DNA of 64,000 nt. It comes from Rhynchobatus australiae (Eukaryota). The DNA is taken from assembly GCA_034780895.1 (NCBI GenBank), contig JAUZTB010000011.1:20060894-20124893 (forward strand), given 5' to 3'. This document shows, in pieces, positions 12,569 to 24,428 of the stretch (positions within the stretch are counted from its first letter, which is position 1; each line of letters begins with the position of its first letter). The notes beneath the pieces are model-generated. The model saw only the letters and a list, made by a program, of their open reading frames with translations, did not search any database and was not told where the DNA came from. The translations under genes and the position numbers were made by a program.

Positions 12569-13519
12569 NNNNNNNNNNNNNNNNNNNNNNNNNNNNNNNN
12601 NNNNNNNNNNNNNNNNNNNNNNNNNNNNNNNNNNNNNNNNNNNNNNNNNNNNNNNNNNNNNNNNNNNNNNNNNNNNNNNNNNNNNNNNNNNNNNNNNNNN
12701 NNNNNNNNNNNNNNNNNNNNNNNNNNNNNNNNNNNNNNNNNNNNNNNNNNNNNNNNNNNNNNNNNNNNNNNNNNNNNNNNNNNNNNNNNNNNNNNNNNNN
12801 NNNNNNNNNNNNNNNNNNNNNNNNNNNNNNNNNNNNNNNNNNNNNNNNNNNNNNNNNNNNNNNNNNNNNNNNNNNNNNNNNNNNNNNNNNNNNNNNNNNN
12901 NNNNNNNNNNNNNNNNNNNNNNNNNNNNNNNNNNNNNNNNNNNNNNNNNNNNNNNNNNNNNNNNNNNNNNNNNNNNNNNNNNNNNNNNNNNNNNNNNNNN
13001 NNNNNNNNNNNNNNNNNNNNNNNNNNNNNNNNNNNNNNNNNNNNNNNNNNNNNNNNNNNNNNNNNNNNNNNNNNNNNNNNNNNNNNNNNNNNNNNNNNNN
13101 NNNNNNNNNNNNNNNNNNNNNNNNNNNNNNNNNNNNNNNNNNNNNNNNNNNNNNNNNNNNNNNNNNNNNNNNNNNNNNNNNNNNNNNNNNNNNNNNNNNN
13201 NNNNNNNNNNNNNNNNNNNNNNNNNNNNNNNNNNNNNNNNNNNNNNNNNNNNNNNNNNNNNNNNNNNNNNNNNNNNNNNNNNNNNNNNNNNNNNNNNNNN
13301 NNNNNNNNNNNNNNNNNNNNNNNNNNNNNNNNNNNNNNNNNNNNNNNNNNNNNNNNNNNNNNNNNNNNNNNNNNNNNNNNNNNNNNNNNNNNNNNNNNNN
13401 NNNNNNNNNNNNNNNNNNNNCTGCATGCCATCATCAATAAACCTCACTACAGCACTCAGCCTAACCCTCCTTAAAAGCTGGCAATAGCTATTTGCTGACT
13501 CTATCCACTCTCCCTTCAT

Positions 13520-13650
13520 TTACTAACTCTTTCTCTTCTCAACTTCTCTATCTCCATATCTCCATTTCTGGGGATAGATACCATACAAAATCCTTTATAA
13601 CCCGACCAACTCTCAGAGCCAGCTTGATTACACTTCTTTCCATTTCATCC
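13520..13650 (+). pseudogene. Penelope-like element reverse transcriptase fragment (frameshifted)
   Basis: Peptide LHISISGDR, then frame-shifted YNPTNSQSQLDYTSFH, matching the PLE RT motif FLDLSVSISGDRL..YKPTDSHSYLDYTSSHP. Confidence 0.6.
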
Positions 13651-14025
13651 TTTGGGGAGGACACTTCCAATTTCCCAGTGTCTCCATCTGACAATGTGAC
13701 CGTCTATATCAATGTTTTAATATATCTTCTTTTTTCTTCAGCTGAGGAATCCCTTTCACTGCAGATTCACTTTGTCTATTCCTACACTTTCCCCTTTCTT
13801 TGCACCTCATAACATCTCATATTTCCAAGCATTTTTCAGTCTAAGCGCCTAAACATGCAACTATCTCGCTCTCTCCCTCCATTGATGTCACTTGCTGACA
13901 ATTTCCAATGTTTTCTTCTTTTGTATTATTTTAAGCACTTGATACAGGCTTTGGACTGAAGAACTTCATGATTAACTTCATATGGCTGCTGAAAGGTTAG
14001 AGATTGAAACTGAAGGAACAGTTGG

Positions 14026-14439
14026 ATCTAGCTGGGCCCCATCACCCTATGTCTTTCCCCTCCCCACCCTCTCCCTCTCCATCTGACTGTCACCCATACA
14101 CTCCCTCCTCCCACCGTTTCCCCTCCCCACCTCACTCCCTTTATTCCATGCCCCACCTTTGCCTCCTATCAGATTCCATCATCCTCAGCCCTTTGTCACT
14201 TCCACCTATCACCTCCCAGTTTCTGACATCATTCCCGCCCTGATCTGCCTATCACTGCCCTCACCTGGACCCACCTATCACCCGCCAGCTTTTGCTCCAT
14301 GCCTTCCCTCCACCTCTTTATACTGGCTGTCTCCCCGTCTTCTTTCAGTCCAGATAAAACGTCTCAACCCGAAACATCGATTGTCCATTTCCCTCCACAG
14401 ACGCTGCCTGACCCGCTGAGTTCCTCTAGCGCCTTTTGT
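14026..14439 (+). mobile_element. Penelope-like 3' region with decayed hammerhead
   Basis: Pyrimidine-rich tract, then cagtc cagataa..gaaa catc gattg (14346-14383). Flanked by an imperfect ~22 bp direct repeat (14003-14025 / 14440-14461). Confidence 0.75.
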
Positions 14440-15587
14440 ATTGAAACCGAAGAAAGATTGGTTACTGAAAAGCAGAGGCATAAAACTTCTTGGATACCAT
14501 GAATTCATGTTGTGGTTTTAACCAAAGTAATGAAATGGAGGATATAGGAGTTTCCATGGCAGCCTTCTCACCCACAATATACACTTCATTTCCTTTACCT
14601 CTAGGAGGAATAGCCATTCTGTAGGTGGAAGTAGTAGTTAGGGTTGGGGAGGGCGATGAGGGCTGGGAATGCAGGGAAGAGAGGTGTGTGGGGGACTGAC
14701 CCAATTTTTATACTTCCATGCACAATTTCCAACAAAAAGTCATTAGTGATCATGAACAGGAAACCTAGCTGGTTTTCTCATCCCTCTATGCACCTAGTTG
14801 CAACAACCTGATTGACATCCTGCCTGCAATAAGCTAGCTCAGCAATGGCTGGCAAACAAAACCCAGGACATTCTCAATCTATATGGTTCAGTAGCCATAT
14901 TGAGTGGTACCACTTTATCTGCTCGAAAATTTGATAAGGAAAACAAAATAAAAGGAAGAATGACAAGCTCATATCCAATTTTGATCATCATAAAAAATCT
15001 CTTTGAGGTTTTGTTACAATTGTACCTTAAAAGGAAATTTGTTGCATAAGGTTCACCGAAACCAACCCACATCGCTATGACAGATTGTTTTGTTTAAATA
15101 AGTAATTGCCATTCTCTTTTGCCTGATTAAACACTTATTTACTTGGTATGAGTTCACTACCATCTGGAGGTCTGTATCTTGTCATGCAACGAGGTGTGTT
15201 CATATGCCAAATGAATGTCTATATAGATAGTTACACAAATCAAAACTCAATGAATAATTGGGCTGGTTAGGTTAATATGCAAAGTACTGTTTGACAGATT
15301 GCAACTGAATTGTTCTCATTGTAAATATACTGAAATGCTTTCTTGGAAGCAAAGTATATCATAGTATATTTTTTTCACGATGGAATGTATACTCTATTTC
15401 ACCCAGAGTGATTCACGACTCTGTATTGTTTAAGTTATGCAGTAGTAACAACACACATTTAAAAATATTTTGGCACATTTTACATGCTGATAAATATTAA
15501 ATAAAAGCAACAATTTATATTTCATGCCCTGACTATGGCTGTGAACTATTAAATAACAGGGACTGAGTGCAACAGAAACCAATTTTA

Positions 15588-15722
15588 AAGCAAAATTCAA
15601 AATATTGCAGATGCCGGAAAACTGAATTGAAAACAGAAAGTTCTGGAAAATACTAAGCAAGTCAGGCAGCATCTGTGAAGAGAGAAACAGAGTTAACATT
15701 GCAGATCGAAGACCCTTAAGAG
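15588..15722 (-). mobile_element. Penelope-type short unit with TSD
   Basis: gtcaggcagcatctgtgaagagagaaacagagttaac. TSD gaaaccaatttta / gaaaccagtttta (15575-15587 / 15723-15735). Confidence 0.7.
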
Positions 15723-15799
15723 GAAACCAGTTTTACTTGGGTCCTAGCAATGGCTCTTTTCAATAACCATTACCACCTCCAATAACTAGCATTAAAAAC

Positions 15800-15902
15800 A
15801 GACATAAAAACAGAAAATGCTGGCAACATTCAGCAAGTTAGGTAACAGCTCTGGAAAGAGAAACAGCTTTTATGTTTCAGCTCTGAGATCCATTGTCATA
15901 CT
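15800..15902 (-). mobile_element. Penelope-type short unit, degenerate
   Basis: aaaacagaaaatgctggcaacattcagcaagttagg..atgtttcag. Confidence 0.55.
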
Positions 15903-16726
15903 CAAAAGTGCCAGTGAGAAAAGGCAATATAAAAATCAGTTAAGTCATCAGCACTGGAGGTAATATTATTCTAACGGCAATAATGGTAATATTATTCTAA
16001 AGGGAAACTCACATTCCCAATATGGAACTTTATATTCCAAGAAATTGGATAGAAAGAGCAGTGTGCTGAGCAGGACATTGTGTCTGTTAAGCTTAATAAG
16101 CACAAAGTTCCGCAATATCCACCGTCTCTCACATGCAAGGTCTCAGTGCGTACTCCATAGCACATTGGCAACACAATTTCATGAGAGCTATCCTGCTTGT
16201 TAGAGCTAATTGCACCCAATGTGCACATTAACAAGCAATAATGTGGTGTTACCATTAACAGAGCCTTGACTCATTTTTGCTCACGTCCCCAAAACGTCTA
16301 CCAGAATAGCTCACATTAATGCACAGGCCGAGCTTTGGCAGCATGCTGATTTGTTAAGCAACATTTAAAGGTTACCTTGCAATTTTGCATGTGGTTTTAT
16401 TCCAGCTTATTCTCAATTGATCAAACCTATCTTAAAAAACATCAAACAATGGGGAGAGTGAAGTCTTTCTCTTCTATGGAAATGTATTCAAGGAACTAAA
16501 TGTTTCTGTTAAGCTCCAGGAAAAAAGTTTTACTAAATAAACTGTGGTTTACAGTTGAAGCAGTTGAGTAATGTCCCCACAGCCACTGTTCAGAGGGAGG
16601 TGAAGAATGAACAGTGGACATGGATTGGGAGTTGGGAGGGAGTGGGGGAATTGAGGGTATGGTGGTCAATGCAATAGGAGGGCTGACCATTAACACCCTT
16701 CCTGCTCCAGACAGCCTGTCTACATG

Positions 16727-16912
16727 TAACAGTCGACATTTCGGGTCGAGACCCTTCATCTGGACTTAGACCCTTCATCCAATCCAGATGAAGGGTCTCG
16801 ACCCGAAACGTCGACCATCCATTTCCCTCCATAGATGCTGCCGGGCTTGCTGAGTTCCTCCTGTGCCTTGTGTGTTGCTCCAGATTTCAGCATCTGTAGT
16901 CTTTCATGCCTC
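16727..16912 (+). mobile_element. Penelope-type unit with inverted 5' hammerhead copy and perfect 15 bp TSD
   Basis: TSD cagcctgtctacatg at 16712-16726 and 16913-16927. Inverted arms of 33 bp at 16732-16764 and 16783-16815. Confidence 0.85.
16780..16815 (+). ncRNA. Minimal type I hammerhead-like motif (CAGAUGA core variant)
   Basis: cagatga a gggt-ctcg-accc gaaa cgtc gac. Mirror copy on the minus strand at 16731-16766 has helix I agtc/gact. Confidence 0.55.
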
Positions 16913-17294
16913 CAGCCTGTCTACATGACTGTCTCATTCCTAACATGGGAAATTTTCAGTTTTGGATCAGCTCAAAATGGAGAGTGAAGGATATCCTCCT
17001 GTCAAATACACTCGTCGATTTTTTTTCACTGATTACAATCCGGCAGGATGGATCACAGGCTGTGGATTCACTATCACCTAATCTGTGTCTCAGTAAAGTG
17101 AAACCTCACCTCCCATGTGTGCTAAGAACATATAAAGGGAACCTGTGCCATCTCCTGTGCTGAAGTAGCAACATCTGGATCTGTTGTCATTCATAGTCAG
17201 GTTAACCATTACATTCCTTTTAATGACAGTCTCTTTCCAGGCAAAGTAAGGGAAGAAATAACAAAAGAAATTTTCCTCTCATGAGTTCAAGATA

Positions 17295-17675
17295 TCACTA
17301 AGTGCTTTGCAGCAATGAGGTACATTTCAGAAGAGTCTGAAAATCACAGCAGACAATGTACACAAAAAAGATCCCACAAACGGCAATGAGATAAATGGCT
17401 AGATAAAGTTCCATTACACCAGCTGAAACACAAGTTTTAGCCAAGGCAGCAAGAGAACTCTCTGCTCTTCTTAGAATCACGTTATGGAATCTTTTACATC
17501 CTGCAAAGAGTCATAAAGTTATATAGCATGGAAACAGGTCTTTCAGCCCAACTTGTCCCATGCTGAAGAAAAGAAGAGAGAGGGTGCATTGGTTTGATAT
17601 TTTATCCCATAGATGCCATTTCTGAGCATTGCTGTCTCAGCACTGCTGTGTCAGCCTGGATTATCAACTGATATC
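17295..17675 (-). mobile_element. Deu-domain SINE (small CR1 tail inserted at ~17508-17565)
   Basis: gatcccacaaacggcaatgagat..agagaactctctgctcttcttagaat..atggaatcttttacatcc. Confidence 0.65.
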
Positions 17676-17949
17676 NNNNNNNNNNNNNNNNNNNNNNNNN
17701 NNNNNNNNNNNNNNNNNNNNNNNNNNNNNNNNNNNNNNNNNNNNNNNNNNNNNNNNNNNNNNNNNNNNNNNNNNNNNNNNNNNNNNNNNNNNNNNNNNNN
17801 NNNNNNNNNNNNNNNNNNNNNNNNNNNNNNNNNNNNNNNNNNNNNNNNNNNNNNNNNNNNNNNNNNNNNNNNNNNNNNNNNNNNNTCCCTGAAGCAAATC
17901 AAACCTTGTAAAACATCCTGATACCAGAAGCAAGAAATCACAGGGTAAG

Positions 17950-18092
17950 ATAAACTTTCCTTTCACAACCTCAAGACATTCCAAAGCATTACAGTCCTTT
18001 ATAAACTTATGACATGTTGCAATGCATGAAACAGTGTCAATTTAGCACACAGCAAGAACCAACAAAGTTTGCAGTGATAATGACCAGATGAA
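17950..18092 (-). mobile_element. Deu-domain SINE 3' fragment
   Basis: cctttcacaacctcaagacattccaaagc..atttagcacacagcaaga..gtgataatgaccagat. Confidence 0.6.
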
Positions 18093-18124
18093 GGCACAAA
18101 TGGCCTACATTTATTGTGTGTAAG

Positions 18125-18430
18125 AGTGGCACAGAAGGTACTGCTGTCTCACAGCTTCGGTGGCCCAGCTCAATTCTGATAGCTGTGTGGAGTTTGCACG
18201 TTCTCTCTGTGCTCATTGGGTTCCCCCGTCCCACATTCCAAAGACTTGCCGGTTGTTAGGTTAATCGGTTATCGTAGATTGCCTCTCCTGTGAGCAGATG
18301 GTAAGATAATCCAGGGTGTTAATAGGCATACATGAGAGAATAGATTCCAGCGATGTAAGTGGGAGAATGGCAGTGCTCTGAGAACCAGCATTGATCCAAT
18401 GGGCCAAAGGGACTGCTTCTATTTTATAAG
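18125..18430 (+). mobile_element. V-domain SINE with CR1-like tail
   Basis: tRNA-like head, V-domain ctgtgtggagtttgcacgttctc..cccacattccaaagac, and tail atgggccaaagggactgcttct. Confidence 0.7.
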
Positions 18431-19939
18431 GAAATAGGATGGCATTTATTTTGTACAACAGCTTTCTAGTAAACTAAGAGTGAAAATTTTTGGATGCTAT
18501 ATTGTTTATAAATTGAAAATAATAGATATGTTCCAGTGTGTGCTTATTGCGTTGCACCTGTTTATATCGGTCCATGTGCCAAATTATTTCTTCTCCAATG
18601 AGATGAGAAGGAATGGCTGTAGAAGCTTCCTGAAAAGTGTGATGAGGATATGACCAGAATATAGCTGCTGCCCTCCCGACCTCAAAGACATGACAGGTCC
18701 CATGATACTTCCCGGAATAGTCTATCCCATCATGTGTGCAGAGCTGCGGTAGTAAATAGACAGACGGGCACCTGCTCCTTTCCTTCTGGACACAGGTCCC
18801 ACTGGAAGACACATCTTTCTGTTTGAGCTCAGAGTGTGTAGTATCATAAAGTCCTTGAAATCCTCATTAATAAGTCTCTAGCTCTCTAAATGCATTTGTT
18901 GTTACTGGTTAGTCCACCAGTACTTTCCATTTCAATAGTGCTTCTCTGAAACTTTGCTTCTGTAGCTATGGATGCTGCCTGACCTGTCAAGTATTAAGTT
19001 TTAACCTTTAGACAACCACTAATGGGAACATTTCTCTGTTTACCCTAACTAGACCCTTCATGATATTGATTAGACACCTCCATCAACTTTCTCAGATTCA
19101 AGGAGAAAACCCCAGCTGTTCCAATCTAACCCAATGGTTGACATTGCTTGTCCATTTTGGTACATAATTGTACGGTTTTTATCCAGACATGTGTAAACTC
19201 CACTGCTTATGCCTATGAATCCTCTAGTTATTCAGTTAAATGGGAGTACTGGAAAGTTTTCTGTTTGGGTAACAGAAATTTATCCTTACAAAATTCTTGA
19301 ATCACTAGCAAACAAAAAAAAATTGCACTCACAGATTTAATGTGTCAATTTTTGTTTTATTTTCAGCTCACATTTCTTGATACATGTGCAGATGATGTGG
19401 TTTCGTATTACTGAAATTGCAATATGGGTGGTTTTCTGGGAATGCATTCCCCCCGTAACATGGGGATCACCAGTGCATTTATATATTTGAATGCAGGGCT
19501 GCCAATTTCTGATCCATTATCCTTATGGGATAATATTCACTGGTAATCTGCTGGAACAAATTTTGCTATACAACAACCTTTCAGTCATTTAACATTCAGA
19601 TATCAATGTGAGAATTAAGGTCTAAGATCAGGCCAAGGATTGTGAAGGCTTCCAGAAATAAGCTTTGTAATTTGAAGGTAAGTTTGTTCTTTCCCAAGAC
19701 TCTTGCTGAAACCACCTCAGAAATTTTCATCAAATATCACCAGAAGACCATTGATCTCAGTTACATAAAATAATATTAGATAGCTGACATTATAATCGTT
19801 GTTATAATACTGGAGAATGTCAGTACTGAGTCAAATACATGTCTGTCAACAACCTATCCAGCTTTTTGCTTGTTTAAAGTTATCTTCTATTTTAAAATTA
19901 GTTTAAATCACAGCTTTACACAGCTGAAAATAATGTACT

Positions 19940-20170
19940 GATTATGTGTTGTGTTAGCTAATTGCAAAATTATCTTAGGGGGTGCTATCCTTGACAAGGG
20001 AAAACATCAAGTATGCTTGTTACATTAGAGAACTGACCAGTGACTCCTGGTAAAAAGTGTTGGCATGTGTGCTTGTGGTCAGGATTAAACTTGGCTTCAT
20101 GCTGTCCATGGACAATAGTTAATGACATTCACTCAAACCAGATTTACATTTGAGTGCACTTGAATAGTGG
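19940..20170 (+). mobile_element. LF-SINE-like relic
   Basis: ccagtgactcctggtaaaaagtg..caggattaaacttggc..gacattcact resembles the LF-SINE body as recalled. Confidence 0.4.
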
Positions 20171-20171
20171 T

Positions 20172-20383
20172 TGATATCTGGAAAGGACTGCCAGAGGAGG
20201 TGGTGGAATCAGATACAATTACAATGTTTATGAGGCATTTAGACAGACAGTTAAATAGGCAAGGCCAAGAAGGATATAGTCCTAATGCGGATAAATGGAA
20301 TTAGTGTAGATGGATAAAAAGGTTGGCATGGACGTGGTGGGTCAAAGGGTCTGTTTCTGTGCTGTGCAACTCTATAATTCTAC
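20172..20383 (+). mobile_element. CR1 LINE 3' end
   Basis: ctgccagaggaggtggtgga..catttagacaga..ggcatggacgtggtgggtcaaagggtctgtttctgtgctgt. Confidence 0.85.
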
Positions 20384-20839
20384 TGTTAAAAGCCCATTGA
20401 CCAAGACTTGTGAAATGCGAATAGTCTAAATACCCTAAGTAGCTGCTTTTTTTCCAGCATTGGCTCTAACGTCTAAATAGCCTCATCTTGTGCCATAAAT
20501 TTTGCTTGTTCAGAAGCAATACCACCTCCATTAATGGCATTATGGTCAATAAGCAAGCTTTACACTCTGCCTCAGAGTATCTGCAGAAACAGAATCTGTT
20601 GCTGGAACAAGTTAAAAATATTTTAAAGCATTTGGCAGTATTAAAGCCTGGCTGGATTGTGACATGCGGGACAAGTGATTAAAGTTTAAAAGACTGAAGA
20701 ATGCCAAACTTATCAAAGTTATTTGAACTTTGTTCAATAATTTGTTAAATTGGTGGGTTTTTTTTCACTAATGGTTCAGTATTTTACCAACCTATTGACC
20801 TCATGTCAAAGATGTGTAAAAGTAACCTTTATTATTGAT

Positions 20840-21005
20840 TTTTGGAATGTGGGAAGGCCAGCATTTATTGGTCATCCCTAATTGCCCTTGACAAGCTGGC
20901 AAAGGACCAATTTGTTGATCCATTGCATTCTTTCTTGTGAACATAATCCCACAGTGCTGTAGGGTAGAGGGTTCCAGGATTTAGGCCCAATGAAGGAAGG
21001 GTGAC
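20840..21005 (-). mobile_element. CR1-like (second clade) 3' end
   Basis: ggccagcatttattggtcatccctaattgcccttga. Confidence 0.7.
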
Positions 21006-21289
21006 AGGAACAGGATTGGGTAAGTGATGGGGATGGGAAATATCTACAACCTGAGTGGCTACAAAGAAATTTTTAATACAGAGTTAGCATGAAACTTGAT
21101 TGGTTTATGTTTGAAAACTGAGTTAATACACATTTTCTACATTAATTGATGAGAAACAAATAGAACAATATTCAGAGAATTGCAACATCCTACAGATTCA
21201 GTGAAGTCATTTTGAAGAACAGTCACTGTTGTAATATAGGAGAAAAATAATTTGTGCGGAGCAAGTTCCCACAAATACCAACATATCAC

Positions 21290-22755
21290 AGAAAATGGTT
21301 ACAGCACAGAAAGAGACGATTCTTGCAGCTCTCTGCAAGAGCAATCCAACATGTCCCATCCCCCCTGCCTTTTGCACTAAACCTTGCAAATTTTTGCCTT
21401 GCAAAGACCTATCCAGCTTTTTGAGTGCTACAATTGCTTTGCCTCCACAGCGAACTCTGGCAAAGCAATCCTGACCCCAACTATTCCATGCATAAAAGGA
21501 GCTTTTTCTCATATTTATGTTGGCTATTTCATGTCCAACTTCATTCCATGTCCCCTGTATGATCGGTATGCAAGACAAGTTTTTCACAAGTTACAATAAT
21601 AAACCAATACCGACACCAAATAGTTCTTGACTCTTCTGCAGAGGAAATGGATCCTCTCCATATCCATTATGATTTTAAATACCTCTATTCTTTCTCCTTA
21701 CAACTTCCTTTGTTCACCTCTCCAGCCTGTCCACATATCTATAGTTCCTGGAATTATCGTGGCAAATCTCTCCTGAACATTTTAAAGCTTAACATCTTTC
21801 CTAAAGTAAGGCACGATATCTCAGCTGTGGCCAAACCAGTGTTGCACAAACTTTCATCATGGCGTCCTTGTTTTTGAACTCTAAGCCTCTATTTAGAAAG
21901 CCCAGGATCACGTATGCTTTTTTCACTGCTTTCTCAACTTACCTGCTATTTGCAATGAACTATGCCCACATACTCCTAAATCTTCCTGTTCTTGCACCCC
22001 TTTTAGAATTATGAATTTGGACCCTAGTTTATATTGCCTCATCTCATTCTTCCTTACACAGTGGGTTTCTGTAAGGATTTCCCTTGGGTGCTCTGGTTTC
22101 CTCCAATATTCTGAAAATGTGTGGGTTTGCAGGTTAATTGGCCACTGTAAATTGTCCCTAATGTGCAGGTGAGTGGTAAAATCGGGGGGGTAGGGGAGGA
22201 GCAAGAGTTGATGGGAATTTGGGGAAAATAAATGGGTTGTGTAAAAATGGGTGCCTGATGGTTGGTGTGGTCTTGGTGGACCAAAGGGTCTGCTTCCATG
22301 CTATATCTCTCAATGACTCTATGAATGTAACACTTCTCAATTCCCAGCATTAGGTTTTACCTGCCGTTTATTTGCCTTTTTCACCAGCTTGTCTATGTCT
22401 TCTTGAAGTGTACTTCGATTCACCTTACAGTTAAATACACCTCTGAGTTCTGTGTCACCTGCAAAAGTGGAAATTATATCTGTACATCTAACTTCAAATC
22501 ATTAACATATATAATAAGGAAATAAGTGGACCTGATACTGAGGCCTTGGAAACTCAACTGAAATCCAATTCAAAAACCAATCTTTCACTAATCTTTCCTA
22601 ATCTATTTCTGTTACTTAGCCAATTTTCTATCCATGTTGCTACAGTCTTTTATTCCAAAGTCTGCAACCTTTGTGTAAAACCTTTTATGTGGTACTTTAT
22701 CAATTGCATTTTGGAACTCCATATATATAACATCAGCTATGTTTTGCTCAAGAAC
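21290..22755 (-). mobile_element. Old CR1 LINE (RT C-terminus + 3'UTR)
   Basis: Antisense peptide YKLGSKFIILKGVQEQEDLGV. Contains a Rex1 tail (+, ~21560-21618) and a V-SINE. Confidence 0.75.
22060..22324 (+). mobile_element. HE1-type V-SINE inside the CR1
   Basis: gggtgctctggtttcctcc..ggttaattggccactgtaaattgtcccta..gactctatga. Confidence 0.8.
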
Positions 22756-24194
22756 CTTAAACATGTTAATATTCAGATCAACCATTGATTGGGAAATAAA
22801 TATTAGCCAGATTGATGGTCTTAACTCCCCTTCTCGTTTATCATTTATATCAGCATGAGAGAACAGACAAGACCTCAGGGTGATATTTCATGCAAAAGAT
22901 ATTACCTCTAACAACAGATGGCTCCTGAGTACTGGAATGTTTTGCCTTGGTGTTTTGTGGTCCAGGGTTGGGATTTGAACCCAAAATTTCACTGATTCAG
23001 GGATGGGAGTTCTATCAACTGAGCTACATGAATACTTACCCACAAATAAGGGAGAGAACGGGGAATATTATATCCCAGATGCTAAAATCTAATTCACAAA
23101 GGCATTGGTAGAAGCTAGGGAATAAGTTGCTTGCATGGTTTGACTGCAATATTCAATTGAAACCAAACAAGTGAAACGAAGCTGTTTTATTTTAATACAA
23201 TTACTGGTACTCCAAGACTCCCCAAAGAATTCATGCCACAAGCAAAAAACAAAATCAGGAAATATGAACTCAAGTTCTGAATTGTCTGTTGAACTTAAAA
23301 CATTCTGGGTCAATTCCTGTCTGGCCTTGGTTGTCATGAAGGCAAGGCTTTGAACTCTCTAAGCAACGCTTCACATGGTAAACATACATCACAGGGTCCC
23401 AGCAACAGTCCTGGAATGAGCTTAGCAGAAGTAACTTGAACTTGACCCCATGCGACAAGAAGACACTTCTGCGAACATCAAGGCGTGGCTCTTAATGCTA
23501 TTATAGGAAAGGCATTGGACATACTTCATTGCATGGAATGTGTCAGGATCACTTTCAGTTGTTGGGTCTTTTTCCTAGAAAGCATGTGTTTTGAATATGC
23601 ATGATACTTTGTACTATAGCCCTCAAGACAGACATAACTATTATTACTAAGTTGGTGGGAACATTTTGTCTAGAGTCTTTCTACGATATACTTCAAATTT
23701 TCAAATCCAAAACTATATTAATGACAACCAGTCTGATGATGATATGTTTTGCATTCTTCACAATTGTAGAACAGGCTGAAAACCTATTTCACAGTCTGTT
23801 CAGTTAAATTATTTTTCAAATAATTTTTGGTCAGCATGCTTTAAAACTGTACAACAGTATGAATGTACCAGAATCTTTGTTTAGTCCTTGCAAAACAAGA
23901 AAAACTACAATGTTTTATTTTATAAAACTACTTTTTTTTTGCTTCATCTTTCTAGACTCCCCTCTGCTATGCACCATTCCATCCTTGTGCACAGGTTAGC
24001 TGAACATGTCCAAGTTCATGATGCTATGTAGGTTGCCATCAAATGTTCCTTTCTGTCATGTGTGGAAGCTTTTGCTAGGATATTCTTTCTTCAACAGACC
24101 TTTGACAGGAACATAAAGGGAGGCAGACAATGAATGGCCAATGAAAATCAACAAAGTGTTTGATTTTGGAAATATGAAATAAGTACAGAAAATG

Positions 24195-24233
24195 CAGGTT
24201 CTGATGAGGGTCCCAGACCTGAAACATTAACTG
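24195..24233 (+). ncRNA. Minimal type I hammerhead motif (canonical core) in a Penelope-type relic (~24160-24262)
   Basis: caggtt CTGATGA gggt-cccag-acct GAAA catt aactg. Confidence 0.6.
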
Positions 24234-24428
24234 CTTCTCTTTCTGCAGATTCTGCTGATTTTGCATCCCACCCTCTTGACAACCACCTCTCTAATAGCTC
24301 TTTCTGATGGTTAGACTGAGATAAAAACTTAAATATCACACCATGTCTTTATCCCTGGTAATGAGATTGGGGAGGAAGTTTAGACATCTTTATGTTTTAT
24401 CAACATGATATTGAATTAGTAAATAAAT

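Larger units (their letters stand above)
21170..23030 (-). mobile_element. Deu-domain SINE split by a CR1 insertion
   Basis: 3' part at 21170-21285 (gtcactgttgtaatatagg..gcaagttcccacaaa). 5' part at 22760-23030 ends in a tRNA-like head gggatttgaaccca..caactgagcta. Confidence 0.6.

Noticed and set aside
12559-13519. Long ORFs of 234-318 aa (also at 46648-47555 and 50176-50898)
   Set aside because: They are open only because they run through N gaps.
16620-16660. G-quadruplex-like run gggagttgggagggagtggggg
   Set aside because: A common motif with no supporting context.
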